A stretch of DNA of 64,000 nt from Paraspadella gotoi (lineage: Eukaryota > Animalia > Chaetognatha): the NCBI GenBank assembly GCA_051294375.1, contig JBJCIZ010000744.1, forward strand, positions 725,076-789,075, given 5' to 3'. Of this stretch, positions 53,812 through 64,000 are shown in pieces. Below the pieces are notes generated by a model. It was not told the origin of the DNA, searched no databases, and saw only the letters and a program-made list of their open reading frames with translations. Position numbers and translations under genes: made by a program. The first letter of the stretch is position 1, and each line of letters starts with the position of its first letter.

Positions 53812-55797
53812 TTTCCGGAGGACGCCGTGGCGCCGTTCCGCGCGTCCTTCAGGACCGGCGTCTTCACAACTGCGCCATGACACCTAAAAGCCTGTCAGAG
53901 TCGTCTCAGTCGTACGTCCATGGCTTTCGAAGAGGCAATCTCGCGGTTGTTTTTTCTTCTTTTTTTTTTGGAGACAAAATAAAAATTGACTTTGGTTTAC
54001 GGCGTTGCAGGTTTTGGGTCGTTTTTTGATTTAGTCTTCTTTTTTTTTCAGTTTAGTTTGGAGTCCCTTTTTTTCCTATTTGTTTTCGTTTCCTTTCGTT
54101 CGTTTTTTGATCGATCGTCCATCACGATCGACGAAGACGCCTGCCAAAGAAAAAGGAGAAAAAAAAAGAGATAAAAATCAGAACTTTCTCTCGTCTCTCC
54201 GAGACGCTGGCTTTGTTTTCCGCTCAACCGTTTTTTTTCTTTTCTTTCTTTTTCTTTTGAAAAGCAAAAGGCCGATAATTGCCACTAACCGCCCGACCGA
54301 ACCGAACGAGATAAATTCGAACATTCTTTCTTTTTCTCTCTCTCTTGGTTGTTTGCTTTAAAATCTTGTTTTCGGGACATTTTATAAAAGTCAAAAGAGG
54401 GGGGGGTATTAGGAAAATACTAGAACAATAGTGGTGACATTGTTTTTGTTACAATTAAATAATTATTTGTGTTATAACCGTTTATCTTACGCGACTGTTT
54501 ATTGCGAACGGAATGCAGAGGAAAAAAAAATCTAAATAACGAAGTTTGGAGTGGCCAAGTCCGATCCGGCGATCCGCCTATTTACGGCCAAACGCTTGAA
54601 TCTGTGGCGGAGCGGCTATAAACGGATCAACGTTACGACGACGACGACGCAGATAGCGACGAAGATAACGACGACGAATTAAAAACGTGCGAAGCAGCGA
54701 CGACGAAGACCACAACCGAACGGATGGACTTGGTCAAAACTGTAATAAGGAGGGAGAGAGATAAAAAGAAGGATGAAAGAAAGACCAGGTGCAATCCACA
54801 AGTTTTCTCTTTGCCTCTTCTTCCTTCGCATCGTCGGCGAAACGATAGACAATAACGAGCTCTCACTTTTTCGAAGCGAGCGAGAGAGAGAGAGAGAGAG
54901 AGAGAGATCGAACCGATTACTCTCCTCTCACTCCCCCACCATCGCACCATAAACCAGACTCCACAGGTTGGCCCATTTCGTGGGCCGTCGTTAGAGGCAC
55001 GGAATGCAGAAACCGGTTTGCCTTTACCAAGCGGAAAACGTCACTATTTCACGTCGCGTTTCCAGCCCTGCCTCGAACTCCAGTCAATCCACGGAACTTC
55101 CAACGACTCTACCCGATCGGCCGACGAGACAAGCATCAGTCGCGATTTTTTTCGTCGGCGGTCCTGGCCGACAACAGCCATCGTCTCAGCTCCGTTTAGT
55201 CTCTCCACTAATCCCAGAGTTACCCTACATAAAAGTTCTCACTTTCCGAACTCTTGGCAGCCAGAAACTAAAATAAAAAAAACCGAACATTGAATAGACG
55301 ATATTAGTTCTCCTCATTGTTTTAAAGCAAAATCTAAAAAAATATTTCTACGCAATTAACGTACATAGAAAATTATTATTATACATAAAATCTCACACGG
55401 TTTCTACTAGTAGCAGAGACTAATGAGATTTGAGGAGCTTCAAGGCCAAATATAACAAGATAGAAGTTATTTACTTTTTCCCTTATTGAGTTATTCAATA
55501 TTGCGTTTTCCTTTAATGCTTCTCTCCCTGGGAAGTAAAAAATTTAACATTGGCGACTTTTAAAATAGGGCAGTATGCGGCGTAATGAGAGTAAACATTA
55601 TATTTATATTTATAAAGAGAGTTTATAACTTTTTAAACGAATTTTTATCGGCTTCAACGGGATCTTCAAATTTTCTCGTAATCGAGGGTTAAAAACATTA
55701 ATTCACGTTGTGAACTGGGGCGGCGAAGGTTTTGGCGGGAGACGAGGACCACGGCGCCGGTGGTCGATCACTTCGAATACGATAGACGAAACGGGGG

Positions 55798-55799
<2 letters not shown>

Positions 55800-55855
<56 letters not shown>

Positions 55856-55880
55856 GAGAGAAGAAGAGCGAGAGAGAGAG
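55800..55880. repeat. (GA)n microsatellite
   Basis: Direct reading; other GA tracts at 54882-54907 and 63271-63323. Confidence 0.95.
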
Positions 55881-57489
55881 CGTTTGGCGAACAAACAAAA
55901 ACCACAACTTATTTTTTTTTTTTTTTAATCTGGCGTCTCGCCTTTATATTCGTCCATCCTCTTCGAGTTACTGTAAAAAGTTGAGAACGTGCACGATGAC
56001 GTCGGTGGCCAATAGGATATCTGGATTTGATCGGAAAATTACAAGTTAAAAAATGATTGGTGGATGTTATCTTTTTTGTTACTCAAGAACACCCTTTTTT
56101 ATGCCTGATACATTGTGATTGTTATATATTTTTTTCATCTGTTATTTTCACGAAAATGTAAATATTATTGTTTTCATTGAAAACTCGCAAACTTTTCAAA
56201 TAAATATTTATTAAAGATGAAAAAACAGAGACCATCGCTTTAGCTATCAGCTCAACTTCTCGTCTGGTGGAAATTAACAGACGACGTCGATGACGACGAT
56301 AGCGCCCAGGCAAGGGATTACGTTTTACGATGACAACGAAGACGACAGAGGTAATAAACTTAGCTCTCGAACCGAAAGCCTTGGAAAAATGGTTTATAAT
56401 TTGGACCGAAACGAGGGTATAGACTATAGTGATAAGACTAATGTAAGAATATTTGTATTGCAATAATTGTAACGCTGAAAAGCGTAATAATGTTAAGTCG
56501 CGCTTTAAGGCATTTTTGATCAAAATATCCCAGCAATGAACGAAAGGACAAAAAACAAAACAGAAAAGAAGAGAGAAAGAATTACGACAAAATCTAAGAG
56601 TAAAGAGTAAATAGTGTTGGTCTCGCGAAATGAAAGCGGAGACTCGGATGTTGAAAATCGAGATAAGATCGACGACCAGAACAGAAGCAGTGCCTCATTT
56701 TTTCCGTTTTTTAAAAAAGAGGAATATAAATAAAAAAAAAGGACATGAAAATGAAATCCGAACTGTTTTTTTTTTTAAATTTCTGACTGAAAGATACTTT
56801 ACACGCCTAAAATTTGGTTTCATAATAACGACCAAAAGCAAAATAGGAGAAATAATCATCAAGGCGCTCGAAAATAAAGAAGGGGTTTTTTTTTACGATG
56901 ATACTTGGATCAAGAAAAAAGCAGAAAAACCCAGGAAACTGAAAGATTCGAGAAAGATAAGTGAATATTATCCTCAAAGGGATGGGAAGAGGCGAAATGA
57001 ACCACAACTCAATTACGACGACGAAGGCGTTTTTAAAACTTATTGCTTTCTTTAACCAATCACTCGTTTACACAGTTAATTAAATTTTATGGCCAGTCAT
57101 GGCAGTCGGGAACGACATTCTACTCATAACTATTGATTGTGAGAAATAAGACGCTTTAGTTTAAATATTAAATATACTTCTCTTTATTCTAAAATAGACT
57201 CCCCTTTTCTTAAATTTTTTTATTTAAGTTTATCCGACACATTTGTTTTGTGCGATTGCCCTATTTTCCTTCTTAAAATATACAAAAAAAAACAAACAAA
57301 CAAAAAACAAATAAAGAATAAAGAAAAAACCAATTCCAAGCTTTCTAATTTTGTCGCTCATCTCCCGCCTTCAACTCCCCCACCTTTCTCCTCTTTGATT
57401 CCTACCCCCCCCCACTTCCTCGGCGTCCGATGCCCTTTTCCTCCTCCCTTCCGCTCCCTGCGGCGTCTCACTAAACTGATTATGGATCA

Positions 57490-57715
57490 GAAGAAACGAA
57501 GAAAAAGAAAAGAAAGAAAAAAAGAAAAGAAAAGAAGAAAAGAAAGAAACGAAGAAAGAAAGAAAGAAGAAAAAGATGATGAATTTCGAAAGAAAAAGCA
57601 AAAGTTTGGTTTTTTTTTTTTTTTTTTAGGACGGCCCAGGCCTCGCAGCTTCATTCCGATGCCATTTTTTTCATCCATTTTGAGGGAAAGGAGAGAGAGA
57701 GAAAGAGGAGAGAGA

Positions 57716-57763
<48 letters not shown>

Positions 57764-57918
57764 GAAGGAGCGTCGTGTGAAAGGAAAACAAGGATAAGTA
57801 AGAACGAAAGCAAAAAAGAAGGAAAGAAGAAAAGAAAGGAAAAAATAGAAAAGAAAGAAAAAGAAAAAAAGAGAGACAAAAAAAGACAGAAAAAATAATA
57901 AAAAAAGACAAAGAAAAA

Positions 57919-57958
<40 letters not shown>

Positions 57959-57962
57959 AAAT

Positions 57963-57998
<36 letters not shown>

Positions 57999-58030
57999 AA
58001 AAATAAATAGGAAAGAAAAGAAACAGAAAA
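57490..58030. repeat. GA/GAAA low-complexity and (GAAA)n microsatellite region
   Basis: Direct reading; source of the spurious K/E/R-rich and F/S-rich ORFs. Confidence 0.92.
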
Positions 58031-61000
58031 AAGTGACTACGGAAATTAAAAGTTACCAAACAAATATTTATTTTCTTAAACCGCAAGAAAAAAACTATTT
58101 TTTTAGCAGACGTTAAAAAAAACAAAAAACCGAAAGGTTGAAACTCATCGACGACAATCAGTATCACCATCACATATTTGTATCATATTCAGTCTACGGA
58201 GAAAACTTAAAAAAAAAAACCCGAAATGGACTGGGAAAAAAAATCTGCTTCGTCGTCCTGACTTGTTTTTGTAATCGAGTGAAACGAGGAAGTACAAAGT
58301 CCACCGCCCAAAAATTCATTTAAATTCAATTAAATTTGGGCTACAAAAAGAGCCGATGAAAAAGAATTCATAAAATCAATCTCATTCAATGGGGATAAGA
58401 CAAGAAAATCAAAATTCCAAGTGTTGCGAGTCAGCGCGATATGGAAATTACATCTTATTTATCAAACGTGATACGTTGGCTCATTTATGATAGGAACCGA
58501 GAGACTTTCAGGTTTCGACCGAATCTAAATAATATTTTCATCCACCGAAGACAAATAATTCTTTTTCTAAAAAAGAAGTAATTATAAAGTCTGAGACGGC
58601 AGCGAACACTTAAGGACAATTAGTGATAGCCTGAACTCAGCCTGGGAATACAAATCAATTTGTTGGGCAATTACCGTAATCGCGGGGAAAGCAGCTGCGA
58701 AAAAGGGTAACAAGGCTGATTCATCTTTAAGGTTTTATGAATCTTATAATTCGATTCAAAGTAAAATTTCACCTATTTAAAAATATTTAAATTATTATTC
58801 AATTATGATTATAAAGCTATATTGAAATTTTTATTTCACTTTTATAAAACGTTAGAAAACAATCGCAAAAGTGGTTACTACTATACTTTTTAAAAAATAA
58901 AATAAAACCATTTTTTTAGTTAAAATGAACTTATGACTTAATTATCAAGTTAATTACTTGTTAGGATCGGGATTTTGCAGATTTTTATATTCATAATAAT
59001 TGCATGTGAAACATTCTATTTAATCTTTTACCTACCAAATAAATAGTCCAGGAAGTTAAACCGCCCGTTTTGAAGGCGGTAGTTGACATCAAATTAAGAC
59101 GAATCCATATTGTGACCATCAAATTCCGATAAAAAAGTGAAAAACCCTTCCCCTAGAATTCTGGTCCTTTTTCTGAAAGATGGTCGAGTTCGGAATTCGC
59201 GCATGCGCACCGAGACGATGAGCATTCAACCAATAAGAAGCGAAAGAAGCGAGTAGCGACCAATTAATCGTTTTTCTGGCTCTTGGCTGCGGATTCTCAA
59301 CATCGCGAAAGGCATCGTGCTTTCAAGACCGGACGTTGTACTTATGTTCGAAGCAATTGACTACGCGCCATCTTCCGATTCAGTTCAAATGTCTACATTA
59401 AAACAAAAATCTTAATATAATTAGTATTTCATAATTATTGATATTAAAACTCTATAAAATTAATCCAGATGTCCATTTTATTTCCATTTTCATAATACAA
59501 ATGTCTAAAACTAAATCGATGACTTTCAAAAAACAAGATTCAGTGATTCACGGAACTACGCTTACTACCCATGATTTTCAGATCAACTGACAACTTTTAA
59601 GTTAAGCTTGCTAAGAGTAACTTGATTTAAAATTTTCAAATAAAAATTTTATAATGAGCAGAGAGCTAAGTAGAAGGTAGAAATAGAGATGGAGAAGAGG
59701 CATAGGAGAGAGAAGAGAGTAGAAGATGCAGTAGTAGATAGAGATGTAAAGATGTTAGATGATTGGGCACGAAGATTTGATAAAATACCAAGATTAATTA
59801 GATATAAAGACATAATGTGTATTTGTATATAGAGTGTTTAGATCTAGTATTACTATACTTGCTATTCTTTACTCGAATGCTCTCCTGTGTCTATTATTAA
59901 TCAATATTCTATTATTGTTCTAATTTTTATTCATTCTAATTATGTTTCTAATTCTATTTAATTCCTATTACATTTCTATCTAAATTATATTATCTATTTT
60001 TTCGAAGACGCCAGATTTGAAAATTTTTTTTTCTTTTTTCGATCTTAACCGGTTAGACCGCCATTTTTTTGGGTTTGGGGCTTGATGGGTGAGTGGGGCG
60101 CTGACCGGGTAAGTCTCGTCGCTCCAAAGGATAAGTGTCATGGGGGACGCTGTCTCGTGTCACGCAATATGTATCTCCGTGACACGTTCCGTGACAGTTT
60201 CATTTTAAAAAAAGTGACGAGGTTATTATGAATGTTTTAATTATACTTTCCTTCACATTATCGTCTCCGTTACGATATATCTTATTATACTATTTGTTCA
60301 TAGTACAGGATCACGTTAACTAATGAGTTATTTATGTCTCACGATATAATATCATTCTCATAGTATTTCCTATATAAATACACATTAATATACAACATAT
60401 TCGAAGCACATGTGGAACTGAGAGAATCATCGTTTCAATAATTTAGTTTATGAAATACACGAGCGCTGTAATACATTCACTTAGCAGATAATATAATATA
60501 TATATCTTATATATTATTAAACTCAAACTAATAAGGATACATAAACAGAGAAATTGGAGGCCGCCGATTAGTTTTTTCTCTCTCTTTTATGCCCATGGGA
60601 TGTACACACAGAAGGGGCAGTTCTCTGTTCGATGTTGGAGATTAAAAAACAGCAGGGGACCGAGAAAAATTATAACTTCTATGTTCCGTAAAAATATACG
60701 CACGAAAAACAGCGAGATTTTGAAACGTAGCAGAGAGAACTCTAGACAGTACGATTATGGGACTGTAGATCTGGAGAGTTGAGACCGTTACTACAGATAA
60801 TACTATGGACGACGAGGAGAACGTTTTAGTATGTGTAGAGCACGCAGAGTAGAGGAGAGCAGAGAGAAAGCTAAAGCAGATGTATGACCGCTAGATTGAT
60901 GAATACTTCGAGAAACAGTATGTAAGATGATGAGAAACTGGGAGTTGGTGAAGTAATTATTTTCCGTATTGTTTGCGGAGAATTTCGCCAAGTTTTTCAA

Positions 61001-61228
61001 TGAAACCATAGTACAGTAAGCGGTCGTATCTGGTCCAAAATTTAGTTTAGGTTTTCAGTCTTCTTTATCGAAAGTTAAGTATACGATATAACGTTCATGT
61101 TAACAAAATGTAACCCCGGTCCCGCACGCTATCTGTTTTCGTCTTAAGTACAAATAAACATCTCTCAGGTTTTTTGTTCTTTCATCGTCTCTTCTCCGGT
61201 ACTCGCCACTTAAGAGATTACATCCTTT

Positions 61229-61500
61229 TTAGGAGATACTCCCAGACATTGATACCTGGGTCATCCAGAGACACGGGTAATGAAAGGGCACGAAAGAGCG
61301 AGAGAAGTGGATTAAGGTCAGTGTAGGGTATAGGTAGGTAAGGGTAATGTGAATATGAATGTGAAGATATGGTCGAACTGCCCTAATTCGGTCGACTGAA
61401 CGCAAGAAGCACATGAAGTTTTCGACATATGGTAAAGCCCGCTGACGAACATGTGGCGATGTAAATAGATACGCGGCGTTCCTATACCTCTGTAAGGAAT
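61229..61500 (+). mobile_element. Possible decayed non-LTR retrotransposon fragment (C-terminal of RT)
   Basis: ILPDIDTWVIQRHG and a downstream DEHV..RY resemble the LIP.I..W..R.HG / EHV..C.R motifs of R1-like LINE ORF2; frames broken. Confidence 0.25.
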
Positions 61501-62129
61501 TTCCGGTTGTCTTATTACTTCATGTTGGGATGGGATAGGGCACTAGTGGGAGCTCTCCGCTCACAGACTCGCAGCGCGGCTTGATAGTATTATAATAAGT
61601 GATGCAAGACAGAGGATGTGAAAGCTACCGCTAGGGGGTATGCTAATGAAGCATTTGGATATTGTCTTCCGATCCCGCAACTTTTTTCCCTCGAAATGTT
61701 TTCTTTGGTCCTGGGCCGCCGGCCACAGATTCAAACCTCTACCGAACAATCAACGGCTGAAGCCAAATGCAGCTCATCAACAGTAGACGGCAGGTTCGTT
61801 GCAAGAGCCGGCGGAATAAGGTAAGAACGATTAAATTTTTAAAGATGTTTAATTTCGGGGCTTCAGTGAAAATACAGAGCGTTTACGCTCAACAATTTAC
61901 TCTTGATTCTCCCTTAATCTGAGTTGTTCTGTAAATTTAGTTGGATCGNNNNNNNNNNNNNNNNNNNNNNNNNGTCGTCCATATCGACGTCACTCCGTCT
62001 CTGTCTTCGTCTCGTCTCTGTCTCAATCGCGTTTCTCGTCTGGGAAGGAATTCTCTCCCTCTTTTTTTATCTCCAACATCACGACTTCGAAGAAAAAAAA
62101 AAAAAGAAAATCGTATTTTTCGATGTTTT

Positions 62130-62233
<104 letters not shown>

Positions 62234-63267
62234 TAATTATTATTTCCTAAGTTTGGAATTTGTATTCAGTGGATCTACAAATTAAATTTGTTCCCACATG
62301 TGCTCGAAATTTTATATTTTAAAATTTTATAATATTTAGAAATGTTATTCTTAACAAAATCGGTACCAAGAACAAATAGAATAACGTAAGTCGGATTTAA
62401 ACCGGGAGCATCGATAAAAATTTATACAACTAAACACAATCAATCCTTTGTCTTTTTCAATTATCTTGGTTTTATCATCTCTCTCTCTCTCTCGATGTCT
62501 TTCGACGACCGACTTCAACTTCAGGACTGGAATCCGATGAGAATGGAGACTCAACGCATTCTTTCTTCTCATGGGACCAAAGAAAAAAAATGNNNNNNNN
62601 NNNNNNNNNNNNNNNNNNNNNNNNNNNNNNNNNNNNNNNNNNNNNNNNNNNNNNNNNNNNNNNNNNNNNNNNNNNNNNNNNNNNNNNNNNNNNNNNNNNN
62701 NNNNNNNNNNNNNNNNNNNNNNNNNNNNNNNNNNNNNNNNNNNNNNNNNNNNNNNNNNNNNNNNNNNNNNNNNNNNNNNNNNNNNNNNNNNNNNNNNNNN
62801 NNNNNNNNNNNNNNNNNNNNNNNNNNNNNNNNNNNATGTCGACGTTTTCTTTCCTCAGCTTTTTTTTTGTTTGCTTTTTTGATTTGCTCTTTTGCTTTTT
62901 TCCACGACGAGGACCCAAAATTTCAAGTGTTTATGTGAAGTTGATACACGTGACGCAGCGTCGAAAATTAAAAAAATACATTTCGTGACGTCAGAAAAGG
63001 AATTGAATGAAAAGAAGAAACGCGTCACGAATTTTACTCGGTTGACGTCACGAGGTCACGTGGACAATACTGGCGACATCAAAGAAAGGAGGCGCAACAT
63101 GACCCTACTGAAATGCTCTCTCTCTCTCACGCGCGGGAGAAGTGGGATGCTGTTGTTGTGATTGTTGTGATACTTATTGTGAATCGGCGTACACGTCGAT
63201 TCGCGATTCTCGTGAAAGACCTGCAGTAGTTTAAGCAAATATCTCGTAATGGACTCGAATACGATCA

Positions 63268-63325
<58 letters not shown>

Positions 63326-63429
63326 CGGGCCACGTTCTTCCTCGATCTTTTCCCATTTCTGTTGCTCTAACCCGGAATTTTATTTTAATCATAATATGTA
63401 GCCTAAATATATTATTAAACTTAAATTTT

Positions 63430-63620
63430 AATTTTGAATCTTAATCCTTAACCTTAATTTTTAACTTTCATACTTAACCTTAAACTCATTTACATAACCT
63501 TAATCCTTATTCCTTAACCCTATTTACTTTACTAAATCCCAAAGCATTCGCCTAATCCTTATCCTAATCCTTAACCTTAACTTTCAACTTAATCTTAAAC
63601 TAAAACTAATTAATCTTACT
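63430..63620. repeat. Degenerate CCTTAA/TAACCT hexamer-like repeat
   Basis: Recurrent CCTTAA, TAATCC and TAACCT words. Confidence 0.6.
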
Positions 63621-64000
63621 TGGAATTTAAGATAAAATGGGTCGTTCTGGGAAAATGAGGCCGATCAGACAATCGTGGGGGGGAAAAAATCTTGAGTTCG
63701 GGTCATCGATTTTCCTTTGGATTTCTTCCAAATCGCGTTAAAGGTTTTTTTTTTTTCGCTATGGACAAAAATCGAATTAAGAGGCGTCGAGAAGAAGAGA
63801 ATAGAGAAAGGCGACATCTAGTTGCGAGTTTTATAGTCCTTTTTTTAGTAATGTATTTTGTAGATTTTATTAATATATTAGCATGTCTTTATTAACATGT
63901 GGTTGATTCTTGACTTTGATCTTTTTATTCTAAATTTGATAATAATATTAAGTTATAAATTACAAATTAAAAACAGTATATCTAAATAAAGTTTATAAAT

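Noticed and set aside
57248-58173. 216- and 228-aa ORFs
   Set aside because: Translations of GA/GAAA microsatellites.
59055-59090. CCGCC..GGCGG hairpin followed by TAG as a Helitron 3' end or terminator
   Set aside because: Short stem, no CTRR at the expected spacing and no identifiable 5' end.

Overview
AT-rich, compact, intron-containing animal (invertebrate-looking) genomic DNA from a draft assembly, with N gaps and indel-rich patched segments. Bases 1-38.6 kb hold one minus-strand immunoglobulin-superfamily receptor locus with a 'variable first exon / constant region' layout. About 27 distinct cassettes (about 45 counting near-identical, partly artefactual copies) each encode ATG + signal peptide + one V-like Ig domain and end in a phase-2 AG|GT donor. 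They lie upstream of a single set of 11 constant exons (3231 to 42) that I could splice by hand into three Ig-like domains, a stalk, a transmembrane helix and a cytoplasmic tail; the first constant acceptor is also phase 2. Nearly every cassette has a conserved bipartite upstream element (CTTTTGTTT-N19..39-GTCTCTA). The layout resembles vertebrate clustered protocadherins and chelicerate sDscam, but the protein is neither. The array is followed by FoxK (FHA + forkhead, 40063-47252) and Smurf (C2-WW-HECT E3 ligase, 49457-53811), both on the minus strand, then about 10 kb of repeat-rich non-coding DNA. Several non-autonomous DNA transposons are visible, two of them inside V exons. All exon calls are manual and no database search was possible.
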